Assembly: GCA_965215015.1 (NCBI GenBank)
Contig: OZ244042.1
Location: 2,080,001-2,144,000, forward strand
Reading direction: 5' to 3'
DNA from: Candidatus Poribacteria bacterium
GTDB taxonomy: Bacteria; Poribacteria; WGA-4E; PCPOR2b
Length of the DNA: 64,000 bases
In this document: in pieces, positions 39,619 to 49,536 of the stretch
How positions within the stretch are numbered: the stretch's first letter is position 1
Layout: every line of letters starts with the position of its first letter
Translations under genes and position numbers: made by a program
The notes under the pieces: generated by a model
What the model was told of the DNA's origin: nothing
Seen by the model: only the letters and a program-made list of their open reading frames with translations
Databases searched by the model: none

Positions 39619-41555
39619 TATATAAACCCGTACATTCGTCTGCCAAGTATAACACCCAGTATGCTCCAGAAACTGGCAAGCGTGAATTCTCCTAAAATTA
39701 AACCAAGGAAGAAATATATCGCTTGGCGATGTCCTTTCAGGCCCCCGTATTTTAGAATAAGCCATTTGGCGAACCAACTAAGGAAAATGGAAAACCAGAA
39801 GGGGTTTATTGCATAGCCAGCCGATATAACGTATCCTGCAGGATGGAGCGTCCACCACAGGAATCTCATCCGCATTACCATGAGGAAGATGACGCTTACA
39901 AACCCGGTAATCATACTAACCAAGTCCCCTGTCCTACCTTCTGTGGGAAAGGTCAACCACTGCTCAAGCCGGCGAAAACCATCGGCAGCAAAGCGCATCA
40001 GTGAACTTCCACCGTCCTTGTATCCGATATGTAGATAAATCCAGAAGAATATAGACGCACTGAATGCCGTCGCTATGAGTATGGCGGAGAGTAATATTCT
40101 ATTATTTAACTTGGCTTCTTGTGCTAGTTTGAACGACTCAAGCTGGTGCGGCATTGGATGCGGTCTGTAGGTACGGTTAAAGTAAAAGAAAAAGGAAAGT
40201 ATTGTTAGATTGGCAGATCCAATGCGTCGGGTGCCAAGTGCATTAACCATCATAATCGGTGGATCACCATAAGCAAAGTCGTGTATGGGAGTCCCAAATT
40301 CCACGCGTATTCGGGTGATGGCTATTGAGAAGGCAAGGTATAGGAAAAAGAAAAGCAGAATAATTCCTATCGACATCCCGGCCCTGTAGCAAAATAGGGT
40401 GATGAAAGCCAGTCCACCAAGGATTCCGCAGATCGCCCATCTGTATCGGATCGGCTCATTAGAATCATCAATTTCTGTTTTACCGATGATTGTTCTGAAA
40501 ACCCGTACGAGATGTCTTCGACTCAGCCAGAGTGCAATTACTGCTATCCCCATAGCACCTCCAAAGGTCTGCTGGTTCAGTTGGGCGAGATAAAAAGAAC
40601 CACTCAGCCCAGCGACCCCACGAAAACCTATCATGCTTCCAACAACTTTCTGGGTTTTCCAGAACAGATAGAAAAACCAGCAGGAAAAGGACATATCCAA
40701 AGGCATAAAGAAGGCAAGCCCCGCAATACAAGGGACAAGCCCTACCGGCATCCAACCGATGGCATTCCACGGCTTTTCTGTTAGATAAGCACCGATATTG
40801 TGGCGATAAGGGTTGAAACCGAGGTCGGGTATTACGGGATATAGGTAATTGAGTCCGTTGATCAGGTTGATACTACCACCAACTGCAAACCCAAGCCACA
40901 TCAACTGATTAGAGAAAAAGCCCTCCCCAACTTTTGTCATTTCGAGCGGTAACTGGATGATGGGATAGCTGAGTTTTTCCTCCTCAACCCACTGTCTCCT
41001 TATGACTACATTAATGCAGAGCATCACGAAAACCAAGACAATTGTAAAACTGACCCATGACAATGCGGGTACAAACCACCCCTCAATATACCGGAGGTTG
41101 TACAGGCTAGAATCACCTTTGTAGTAGGCTTCCAATATCCGCTTGTCACTTACCGCTATCCAAGTGGGGATGTATTTGTGAAAAAGGGTTGCCCAATCGT
41201 TCTCAATAGTTGCAAATCCAAAGGCATGTTCTATGACAGGGGCGAGCGTTTGCATCATGTCGGTTCCACTTACAGCCGATGCGATACTCAACATCGCGTA
41301 GATGACAATCAAGTCGCCTTGGGAGAGGGAAATTTTTGGCAGGTACTTTCTCAGCAGCAGGTTCAGAGCGGCGAGGAGGAAAATGAACAAAATGACATTG
41401 AAAAACAGTGCCATGTTCGTAGAAACGGCTTGGTATTGGTAGGGTTGTTTGGAGAGGACAAGCCAATAACTATTTAGGGGTATCAGGATTAGCCCAATGG
41501 TGATTCCACGTAGCGTATTTCCCGATGACTTCTTCGTCACCATATCTTCTTCCAT
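39615..41555 (-). CDS. DUF6785/DUF6784-like multi-pass membrane protein
   Basis: RRQWVEEEKLSYPIIQLP, TRIR.EFG.P, PHPMPHQLE, LHPAGY and FFLGLILG motifs. Confidence 0.85.
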   Translation of the reverse strand: MEEDMVTKKSSGNTLRGITIGLILIPLNSYWLVLSKQPYQYQAVSTNMALFFNVILFIFLLAALNLLLRKYLPKISLSQGDLIVIYAMLSIASAVSGTDMMQTLAPVIEHAFGFATIENDWATLFHKYIPTWIAVSDKRILEAYYKGDSSLYNLRYIEGWFVPALSWVSFTIVLVFVMLCINVVIRRQWVEEEKLSYPIIQLPLEMTKVGEGFFSNQLMWLGFAVGGSINLINGLNYLYPVIPDLGFNPYRHNIGAYLTEKPWNAIGWMPVGLVPCIAGLAFFMPLDMSFSCWFFYLFWKTQKVVGSMIGFRGVAGLSGSFYLAQLNQQTFGGAMGIAVIALWLSRRHLVRVFRTIIGKTEIDDSNEPIRYRWAICGILGGLAFITLFCYRAGMSIGIILLFFFLYLAFSIAITRIRVEFGTPIHDFAYGDPPIMMVNALGTRRIGSANLTILSFFFYFNRTYRPHPMPHQLESFKLAQEAKLNNRILLSAILIATAFSASIFFWIYLHIGYKDGGSSLMRFAADGFRRLEQWLTFPTEGRTGDLVSMITGFVSVIFLMVMRMRFLWWTLHPAGYVISAGYAINPFWFSIFLSWFAKWLILKYGGLKGHRQAIYFFLGLILGEFTLASFWSILGVILGRRMYGFIY

Positions 41556-41691
41556 AGAAGCTAGGCAGACAAAAATTTAAGTCCCCGATTCTCGGATGAG
41601 CACAACAAAAATTTGCTCAACACCGCAGATTTCCGTCCCCAAATTCAATCGCGTAAATGAAACAGTAGTGAACTGCTCGTTTTCTACACCT

Positions 41692-42768
41692 TCACCCTAT
41701 CCGCAGATTCCGGTCTTCTAGGGGCAGGTCTACTCGCACATTACCGCGTCGATGGGATTCGCGCATACCAATGGCAATCTCTAAAGCCTCTCTGCCAAAC
41801 TCTCCCGGACAGATCCGCTCTTCCCCGAGCTCAATAGATTTGCAAACCCCTTCCATCGCATCTACCAGTGAACTTCGTGGATACCAAGGGTTGGGGAATT
41901 GACACTGAATGGGGCCGCCATCTTCCGGATGCGTACTCCAGAGTTCAAACTGTGCATGGGCATGGCGCGAGACGATGCGTCCTTTGTCACCGAGAAACTC
42001 CAGCGTCCACCCATAGCTTGAAGTGTCAGCTCGGCTGTTCATGTATGCACGCACACCGTTCTCGTAGACGATGTATCCAGATCCGGAAAGATCACTCTCA
42101 GTTGCCGCCGCTTCGTCGCTATCCATCACACCGAAAACCCACGTGGCGGGTGCACCGGCAAAGAGGCGAAGGAGGGCAAAGGTATGGCTGTGCAGATTTG
42201 ACAGACTGGAGGTGCTATGGCAGATCATCGATCGCAGTTCACCGATTGCTCCGTCATCGATCGCCTGTCGTGCGTTGGTGTACCAGTTGTACCAGTTGAG
42301 GTGACAGGCAATTGCCAGAATTGTGCCGTGCTTCCGACACGCTTCAATCATCTCGTCCGCTTCGGCAAGGCTAGGACACATCGGCTTGGTGGCAAAGATT
42401 GCTTTGACGCCTAGCTCTGCCAAGCCTATGGTTACCTCTGCCCGTTCCGCGGGGCGGGTTGTTACGGAAACAATATCAGGTTGCTCTTTTTCGACCATCT
42501 CCCGATAGTCGGTGTAAAGGGCTTCGACCCCCCAACGCCGCTTGAAATCATCGAGTTTTGATTGGTCGACATCCGCAGCGGCAATCAGATCGATGTTCCT
42601 GGCCTCAAGCATCCCCGGTGCATGGGCAAAAGGCCAAGGGTAGTGTGGGTTACCGATTACTTCATCGTCGATGGTGCTGCCCATCCTGCCACAACCAACA
42701 ACGGCACCGCGGTAGGCACCTTTGGGCTCACTTTCATTGATAACTCGAAATGCTTCACCTATAGCCAT
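41692..42768 (-). CDS. Gfo/Idh/MocA family oxidoreductase
   Basis: VGCGRMGSTIDDE and ATKP motifs. Confidence 0.9.
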   Translation of the reverse strand: MAIGEAFRVINESEPKGAYRGAVVGCGRMGSTIDDEVIGNPHYPWPFAHAPGMLEARNIDLIAAADVDQSKLDDFKRRWGVEALYTDYREMVEKEQPDIVSVTTRPAERAEVTIGLAELGVKAIFATKPMCPSLAEADEMIEACRKHGTILAIACHLNWYNWYTNARQAIDDGAIGELRSMICHSTSSLSNLHSHTFALLRLFAGAPATWVFGVMDSDEAAATESDLSGSGYIVYENGVRAYMNSRADTSSYGWTLEFLGDKGRIVSRHAHAQFELWSTHPEDGGPIQCQFPNPWYPRSSLVDAMEGVCKSIELGEERICPGEFGREALEIAIGMRESHRRGNVRVDLPLEDRNLRIG

Positions 42769-42820
42769 GCGATTTTCCCTTTCCTGATTGGAGTTGATTA
42801 GCAATTACGTTTGATGTGTA

Positions 42821-43819
42821 CTACCCACTCCTTAGGCTTCGATCGGCTAGGGGCAGTTCAAGTTTCTCACCACCCCGCAGGTGCGATTCCCGCATCGCGA
42901 TACCGATTTCAAGGGCTTCACGCCCGTATTCCCCGGGACACAGTGTATCCGTGCCTTCGTCAAGATCTTTGACGAGTGCCTCAATAGCAGCTTGCTGAGA
43001 GCTGATGAAGTGCTTCGGGTTGGGAAACTGTCGGCGAACAGGCTCTCCAGTCTGAGTACTGATGGAGCGATCCGGGTAACGGGTCCACATCTCAAAGTCC
43101 GCATGCTCGTTGCGGGAGGAGAGCCAACCGTCGCTACCGATGAAATCGAATTGATGCCACCCGCCGGTGGTGATGAACCCCCGGATATCATTCTCGTAAA
43201 GAATCATACCGCTTCGCCTGTTATCGCTGTCGATATGCCCAACGACCCACTTGGCGGGTGCACCAGCAAACAGGCGAAACAGAGAAAGTGTGTGACCGCC
43301 GTGGGTGTAGCTACAGAGCATTGATGTAAGCTTACCAATCTCTCCCGCTTGAATGGCTTCCAGACAGGCTAAAAACCATGGACTCCAGTTCTGGTGACAG
43401 GCAATTACTAGAAGGATGCCATGCTGCCGACATGCCTCGATCATCGCATCAGCCTCGGCGAGACTTGGGGCTATCGGCTTGGTCGCATAGATTGCCTTCA
43501 CCCCACCCACTTCTGCTGTTCCGATAACAACCTCCGCTCGTTCTGCAGGTCTAGTAGTTACACTGACAATGTCGGGTTTCTCATTGGCAAGCATTTGCCT
43601 GTAGTCGGTATAAAGAGCGTTGACACCCCAACGGTGCTTAAAATCCTCCAACTGGGCAGGCAGCAGGTCTACGCCCGCGACCAATTCCACTCCCTTTGCT
43701 TCGACGTAGGCGGGCGCGTGCGCCATCGGATAAAAAAAATGAGGTCGCACGTCGGCTTCGTCGTCGATAGTGCTCCCAATCCGTCCACAACCGATAACGG
43801 CTGCTCGATAGGCTGCCAT
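42821..43819 (-). CDS. Gfo/Idh/MocA family oxidoreductase (tandem paralog)
   Basis: IGCGRIGSTIDDE and ATKP motifs; shares CPGE.GREALEI.I.MRESH with the neighbouring gene. Confidence 0.9.
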   Translation of the reverse strand: MAAYRAAVIGCGRIGSTIDDEADVRPHFFYPMAHAPAYVEAKGVELVAGVDLLPAQLEDFKHRWGVNALYTDYRQMLANEKPDIVSVTTRPAERAEVVIGTAEVGGVKAIYATKPIAPSLAEADAMIEACRQHGILLVIACHQNWSPWFLACLEAIQAGEIGKLTSMLCSYTHGGHTLSLFRLFAGAPAKWVVGHIDSDNRRSGMILYENDIRGFITTGGWHQFDFIGSDGWLSSRNEHADFEMWTRYPDRSISTQTGEPVRRQFPNPKHFISSQQAAIEALVKDLDEGTDTLCPGEYGREALEIGIAMRESHLRGGEKLELPLADRSLRSG

Positions 43820-43985
43820 ATCAATTACCTCCTCAAAGCGTTCCGTGGGATATCTTTTTGAATTGTTCTAGTAAACAAAGAGGGCAATCCCCTTTCTGGA
43901 GTGACAGACCGTTACCGCAATAACAAGGAGACCGCCCTCTTAGATTTCTACTTTGATTCCACGGACGGAATAAACTATCCCGTGG

Positions 43986-44777
43986 TTAGTGTAAGGCTTT
44001 GATTTTTCCCCATGTTGTAGTAAGGCTGTTGGCAGGATTGACGGCTAAGAAGTCGTCTTGTCCTGTCAGCATATTTGCCTTAATCTCCTCCTCACTCAGC
44101 TGCCGTGTCCAGAAACGAAATTCGTCGAGGAGGCCTTTGTAGGGGTTGTTCCCGTCAACGCGTTGTCCGAGATGAATGCCGAAAGCCTGGTTTCTGGTAA
44201 CAGAAGCTTCGTCTCCCTTACCTGAACCGACCTTTCTGCCATCAACATATATGTCAAGTGTAGCACCTCTGCGCACAAAAGCGTAATGGTGCCACTGGCC
44301 ATCGTTATACGCCTTCGGTGTTTCCACGATGGGACCATTAGGCTCCACGCCATCCCAGAAGAGACATGTAATATTATTTGGAGGGTGTGTTCGGATCCAA
44401 AATTGGGGTTCGCCGCCGCCCACATTGAATCCCCATATTAAACTTCCAGCATTCGCTCCTTCGTCATAATTGAACCAAATCTCTGTGGAGAAGTCGTCAG
44501 CCCCAACATCCATGGAGTCATGCCAAGGCATGTCCACATAGCTGCCACCTTTCCCATCCAGTTCAATTGCGCCGCCGTATTTTCCGTTGGGAACAAACTT
44601 GGCATCCTTAATTAACTTTCCGTCGTTCGCCCCCAAGGTACTCATATCTTCTGCCACATTTCCCTTTTCCTCATCCATTGAAAGGTAGATAATCAAACCG
44701 TCGATGTCTGCCGCGGTGTGTCCCACGATGGGTATTAACACAACGACTAACAATGCTGCAATGACATAGTTAAACAT
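43986..44777 (-). CDS. secreted LamG-like jelly-roll protein
   Basis: Signal peptide, G.YGGA, WHH.A, LDEFR.W; C-terminal AVNPANSLTTTWGKIK. Confidence 0.9.
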   Translation of the reverse strand: MFNYVIAALLVVVLIPIVGHTAADIDGLIIYLSMDEEKGNVAEDMSTLGANDGKLIKDAKFVPNGKYGGAIELDGKGGSYVDMPWHDSMDVGADDFSTEIWFNYDEGANAGSLIWGFNVGGGEPQFWIRTHPPNNITCLFWDGVEPNGPIVETPKAYNDGQWHHYAFVRRGATLDIYVDGRKVGSGKGDEASVTRNQAFGIHLGQRVDGNNPYKGLLDEFRFWTRQLSEEEIKANMLTGQDDFLAVNPANSLTTTWGKIKALH

Positions 44778-44843
44778 CAGTTATTCCTCCTTTGACATAT
44801 TCTCAAACCTAAAGGATTCAAATTCTTCCAAATCCGTTCGTTA

Positions 44844-45006
44844 TAGGAGTTACGCACTTCAGTACGGCACACCAACCGATGTCCCCTACGGACTCCTGAT
44901 GGAATCTCGGCTGTAGTTGCCCGATTCATCGGGCATTGGAAATTGTGTTCTGCAGCGATAAATCCCCGAACTACAAGGCATTGAGCATTCAACCGCGTAA
45001 GTCCTA
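44844..45006 (+). mobile_element. MITE, TAGGA(C/G)TTACGC family
   Basis: TAGGAGTTACGC ... GCGTAAGTCCTA; internal GTAGTTGCCCGATTCATCGGGC. Confidence 0.8.
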
Positions 45007-45512
45007 CGTTAGTGATATTCTGTTATCAATAACATTTGCTATTCAAAGGTAGTTTGACGGCACCTCCCCGATGCAAGGTCGGGACTGAGAAGCGTGCCAT
45101 GGACGATGTTTCGCCCACATTTACAAGAAAACATTGTAATCCCGGTTTTTATTCCTAGTGATTACAGAGCATATTAGCTACGAAACCCTTGTAAATACAA
45201 GGGTTCGGTTTCGTTGGGTTATCCCTATCTCCGGCCCTTGATGGAGAGGCGACGCCCTTACGAAACCTCCGGTTTGGTTGCATCACACTGATACCTACCA
45301 AACCGTGAATCCACGATTTTGTAAACGTTATCCCAACGCAACGGAATCGGGACTACAGTTAGTCTATCTCCCAAAGCTAAAGCATTGGGAAATAGATCTA
45401 AAGGAGTTTTCTTAAGACCACGCTCTTAAGAGTGCAAACTTCAGTAAAAATAGTACCACTGAAGTTCAACATTATCAATTAAAATATTGAGATTTCTAAA
45501 AAAGTGTGTTAG

Positions 45513-45664
45513 CTAGGTTCTGTTGACATTTGGGTATCGAGATATGAATCTTGACCTACAAGCTATCTGCCGCTATTGGACAGATGGGAGGGTCGGACAA
45601 GCTGAAAATCTCAATCTTATCGGGGATGCCCACCTACGTGTTGTCAAGTGTCAACACACTCTAG
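45513..45664 (+). mobile_element. MITE with CTAG flanks
   Basis: CTAG-GTTCTGTTGACATT ... AGTGTCAACACACT-CTAG. Confidence 0.7.
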
Positions 45665-45742
45665 TAGGAGGTCGAATACAAATCTATTACAAGATAGCAA
45701 GTACCATCGGGAACACTTCGTCAGTCAATGCTATCAACCTGA

Positions 45743-46573
45743 TTACTCAAATCGCGCTTTAATCTGTCCCCAAGTTGTGGTTAACATGCCATCGGGAGAA
45801 ACACCCAGAAGTGGACCGAATCCCAACCTCATGTTGTCTGAAATCTCATTCACGGGAAGCGCACGATTCCAAATGCGAACCTCATCGATGATGCCGTGGA
45901 AGTTTCTGAGGCCGGCAAAAGTTCCACCGACTCGGAGGTCGTTGTCTACATCTTTCAATGGAAGTGCCTCGTTTCCCTTATCCTCGAACACCAATTTCCC
46001 ATTGAGGTAAACACGATGTTCGCCCTTCTCCCAGGTCCCGGCGGCATGATACCAGACATTGTTATTTATAGCAGCGGCCGGATTCGGGTCATTGTTTTTC
46101 CTTGACCCCTTTTCCACACTGAGTTGGAGGTTAAATTTTCCATGCCTTCTAAATTTGAGTGCAAACCCCCCCCGCAACGGGTCGCAGTCACAATGGTCAT
46201 TAGTAATTGATTCCTTGGCAATGAGTCGAGGGGCGGTAGAGATTCCCTCCCCTTTCATCAGGAACCAACACTCCGCTGTGCCTTCGGATTCATGCAATTG
46301 GAGTTCTTTGGAATCTTTCGTTTCGATGATTACAACATCGTCATCTCCATCAAACTCTAGTGCCTTGCCATGCTTGCCTGGAACCCATTGTGGGGGGCCT
46401 TCCAATTTGCCATGGGTGCCAAGTCTAGACCGATCAAAAGCTGTATCCCCCTCTCCCTCATCAAATGGAAGGTACAGGATCAAAGAGGCGTCATTTGCAT
46501 ATTTCTGAGCGTTGGTCAAAGATGGAAGCATCAAAAGGTTGACTATCGTCAAAGTGAGAAGCAATGTCCTCAT
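45743..46573 (-). CDS. secreted LamG-like jelly-roll protein
   Basis: Signal peptide, GK.GKALEFDG, WYH.AGT, IDEVRIWNRAL; C-terminal VSPDGMLTTTWGQIK. Confidence 0.92.
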   Translation of the reverse strand: MRTLLLTLTIVNLLMLPSLTNAQKYANDASLILYLPFDEGEGDTAFDRSRLGTHGKLEGPPQWVPGKHGKALEFDGDDDVVIIETKDSKELQLHESEGTAECWFLMKGEGISTAPRLIAKESITNDHCDCDPLRGGFALKFRRHGKFNLQLSVEKGSRKNNDPNPAAAINNNVWYHAAGTWEKGEHRVYLNGKLVFEDKGNEALPLKDVDNDLRVGGTFAGLRNFHGIIDEVRIWNRALPVNEISDNMRLGFGPLLGVSPDGMLTTTWGQIKARFE

Positions 46574-46828
46574 GACCTTATCCTCCTATTCCTAATTTCG
46601 GTTAATTTTTAACTTTCACGCTCTACGACAAAATGGGGGAGATATACCCCAAAACGGTTAAGGAATGAGCATTTAACCACTGATACGTTTCGATCGACTC
46701 TTCCTAATTACTGCTTCGTAAGGAACAACTCTTCCTTTTGCGAAGGAGGGGTCAGAGCGGGGGAGCGACTGACTCATTTAGTTGTTAGTCCTAAACAACT
46801 TCTAACCCCACTCTGGGTACCACCCCTG

Positions 46829-46893
46829 TTGACGTACTCTCACCCCTAAAGGATTGGGATGCCTACCCGTTCCTTTAGGGGGCGAATTATGCT
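46829..46893 (-). mobile_element. 65-bp IS200/IS605 mini-element (PATE-like)
   Basis: Minus strand TTGAT|AGCATAATTCGCCCCCTAAAGGAACGGGTAGGCATCCCAATCCTTTAGGGGTGAGAGTACGTCAA; its 3' part matches the right end at 39584-39618. Confidence 0.7.
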
Positions 46894-47192
46894 ATCAACA
46901 CGGATAGCGAACCGAAGCCCGTCTGACAACCGCTACGGCAATGGACAACGCCCCGCCCATGGGCCACCCCTTCGCACAGCCACATCCCCTGCAACACACT
47001 GCCGGAGCAGTATGAGAAAACCGCCAAGGCTTTTACCCCTGATGACCATTTTCCGTGGGCGGTATAGCTATAGGTCAATTATACCCCCAAACGTTTTTGA
47101 GAACAAGAAAAACCAATGCGAAAGCAGGGGTAACACCCCTAAAGGATTTTTGATAAAACTGCATGAATTGAAAACAAAGCGTCCAAACTTAA

Positions 47193-47322
47193 TAGGACTT
47201 ACGCAATTGAACCCTCAAAACCTTATAGTTCGGTGATTCATCGGGCAACTACAGCGGGGGCACCATCTAAGGCTCGCGTAGGAACACTGATCGGTGTGCC
47301 CTACTGAAGTGTGTAACTCCTA
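47193..47322 (-). mobile_element. MITE, TAGGA(C/G)TTACGC family
   Basis: TAGGACTTACGCA ... GTGTAACTCCTA; reverse copy of 44844-45006. Confidence 0.8.
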
Positions 47323-47332
47323 CTTGAATGAT

Positions 47333-47343
47333 ATTATAGCACA
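47333..47343 (-). promoter_or_regulatory. extended -10 promoter facing the left LamG paralog
   Basis: TGTGCTATAAT on the minus strand. Confidence 0.5.
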
Positions 47344-47449
47344 AATCCCCAAAAATAGAACATAAACTGGACATTTCTAGCTGTAAGATGGGAGTGTCTG
47401 CAAAATTCCAGCACGGTTTTTCATATCCTTCTGGGATTTTACCATTTTT

Positions 47450-47478
47450 TTGTCACTCTTTTAAATCTGTGCTATAAT
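47450..47478 (+). promoter_or_regulatory. sigma70-like promoter facing the right LamG paralog
   Basis: TTGTCA-17bp-TATAAT with TG extension. Confidence 0.65.
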
Positions 47479-47578
47479 ATCAATGGTTCCAGTCTAAGAG
47501 TACAATTGGAAATTGTTCAACAGTTTTGGGGTGATATTTGCCCCGTTTCATAGTGGGTTGTGTGTACGTTTTGGAAAG

Positions 47579-47883
47579 TAGGAGTTACGCACTTGAGTTT
47601 GTAGTAACGCAATTCAACCCACGTCTTTAAGAGTAGTAGGCATACGGCGTATGCCGTAACCCCCCCGCTTGCGGGGGATTCGAGGGGGGGAGGGCACGGC
47701 GGAGCGTGCCTACTCCTGGCGAATGTAGTTGCCCGATTCATCGGGCGTCATGAGTTGTATAGATACCAACACTGTCGTGCAACATCGACCGGCTCAATTC
47801 ACCAAACCCTGTCGAGTAACACACCCAGTATTTGATGAGTCGCCGCCCTACGAGGGTTTGGACGTTCAACTGCGTAAGCCCTA
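47579..47883 (+). mobile_element. long MITE, TAGGA(C/G)TTACGC family, with stacked REP-like modules
   Basis: TAGGAGTTACGCA ... TGCGTAAGCCCTA. Confidence 0.8.
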
Positions 47884-48076
47884 GAAAAGATTAAAGTAGA
47901 GCGGTGCCACCAACTCATTCAAACAGTAGCATTGAAGCACATGAACCAGCGAGCAGCAGAGCCTGTCCTTGATGTAATCAAGATGCTGTGGTGCATGTCC
48001 AAACTAATTTTGTGGAGCAGTCGTAGAAGGTAAAGGTTAGAAACTACCGGAAAATAATAAATAGGAGGATAAGGTT

Positions 48077-48904
48077 ATGAGGACATTGTTTCTCGTTTTG
48101 GCAATAGCTAGTCTTTTGATGCTTCCGTCTTTAACTCCTGCACAGAAATATGCAAATGATGAGTCTTTAATCCTGTACCTTCCATTTAATGAAGGGGAAG
48201 GAGATACAGCCTTCGATAGGGCCAGATTTGGTCACCATGGTAAGTTAGATGCACCACAATGGGTGCCAGGAAAGTTTGGTAAGGCGTTAGAGTTTGATGG
48301 AGAAGATGATGTTGTGATTATCGAAACGGAAAATTCTAAGGAACTCCAGATGGAAGGGTCAGACGGTACACTGGAGTGTTGGTTCCTGATGAAAGGAGAA
48401 GGAAACGCAAATCTCCCTCGACTCATTGCCAAAGAATCAGTGACTAACGACTGGGTCGTCACGCATGGGCGAGGCGGTTATACGCTCCGGCTCCAAAAGT
48501 ATTCTAAATTTAACCTCCAACTCAGTGTGGAGGAAGGATCGCGGGAAATTAATAAAGAGAAAAAGGAGGCTGGTGTAGATTTCAATGTCTGGTATCATGC
48601 CGCTGGGACCTGGGAGAAGGGCGAACATCGTGTTTACCTCAATGGGAAGTTGGTAAATGAGGATAAGGCACCAGATCTAACGTTTCCAGTGGAAGATAAG
48701 AGGAACGACCTCCGAATCGGCGGGACTTTTGCCGGCCTCAGGAATTTCCACGGCATTATTGATGAAGTTCGCATTTGGAATCGTGCGCTTCCCGTGAATG
48801 AGATTTCAGACAACATGAAGCTAGGGATTGGTCCGCTTCTGAGCGTTTCTCCGGCCTGGCAGCTAACCACAGCTTGGGGACAAATCAAAGCATGGCGAAA
48901 GTGA
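48077..48904 (+). CDS. secreted LamG-like jelly-roll protein (close paralog of 45743-46573)
   Basis: Long identical stretches such as WYHAAGTWEKGEHRVYLNGKLV and GGTFAGLRNFHGIIDEVRIWNRALPVNEISDNM. Confidence 0.92.
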   Translation: MRTLFLVLAIASLLMLPSLTPAQKYANDESLILYLPFNEGEGDTAFDRARFGHHGKLDAPQWVPGKFGKALEFDGEDDVVIIETENSKELQMEGSDGTLECWFLMKGEGNANLPRLIAKESVTNDWVVTHGRGGYTLRLQKYSKFNLQLSVEEGSREINKEKKEAGVDFNVWYHAAGTWEKGEHRVYLNGKLVNEDKAPDLTFPVEDKRNDLRIGGTFAGLRNFHGIIDEVRIWNRALPVNEISDNMKLGIGPLLSVSPAWQLTTAWGQIKAWRK

Positions 48905-48929
48905 TAGGGATTCTGGTATACTACAAGCC

Positions 48930-49485
48930 TAGGGCCATTTAATTGAAGGGTGCTCATTTAAGTAGTAGGCACGCTCCGCGGGCCCTAAACCACACAACCT
49001 CTACGACATATGGCTTGGCTAACACGCAACTGCCATTAAACTCGCACCCATAACTTGAAAAACAAAGCACCTCCAACCCCGTCGGTGGGGCATCGTGTCC
49101 CATCTACCGCCTGAGACCCCTATCTGTATCTGTGTTTTCTGTGCCCTCTGTTTAATCCGTGATTTAGACAGTTATTATGTACACCCTTCATCTAATTGAC
49201 GGGTGTGCATAATTCGAGACACATTATAGCTGAATGCAATCGTAGGGGCTTGGTTTCCAAGCCCGACGGGCTGGGAGCCCCACCCTCTACGCATCGAGAG
49301 ATGTTGAGAAGTATACGCATCAAAACCTACTTATGAGCACCCTTCATTTAATTCTTCTGTAGGAAGGATCTCTGAATCCCGACCCTTCACTGTAGGTGCT
49401 TGCAGCCCGATCTATCGAGGAGCGACTGCCCGATAGAGACTTTTCCTACATAACCAACAGAAAACCGAAAATTAAATGACCCTAA
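48930..49485 (+). mobile_element. nested MITE cluster: two GAAGGGTG-family elements inside a TAGGGCCATTTAATT element
   Basis: ATTTAATT-[48945-49189]-ATCTAATT-[49198-49345]-ATTTAATT; outer ends TAGGGCCATTTAATT and AATTAAATGACCCTA. Confidence 0.8.
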
Positions 49486-49536
49486 CTACAAGCTCAAACA
49501 TCATTGCTTAAATAAAAAGAGAGGTGGTACACTGGA

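Noticed and set aside
45055-45260. Possible additional MITE with imperfect inverted ends
   Set aside because: Too many mismatches, single copy in the window and no target duplication seen.
46859-47236. 125-aa ORF or IscB/HEARO-type RNA
   Set aside because: The ORF starts and ends inside repeat elements and has no motifs; no recognisable RNA consensus or associated nuclease gene.
45743-48904. LamG paralogs as a DGR target or invertase-controlled switch
   Set aside because: No reverse transcriptase or recombinase nearby, and both copies are full genes with scattered synonymous changes.
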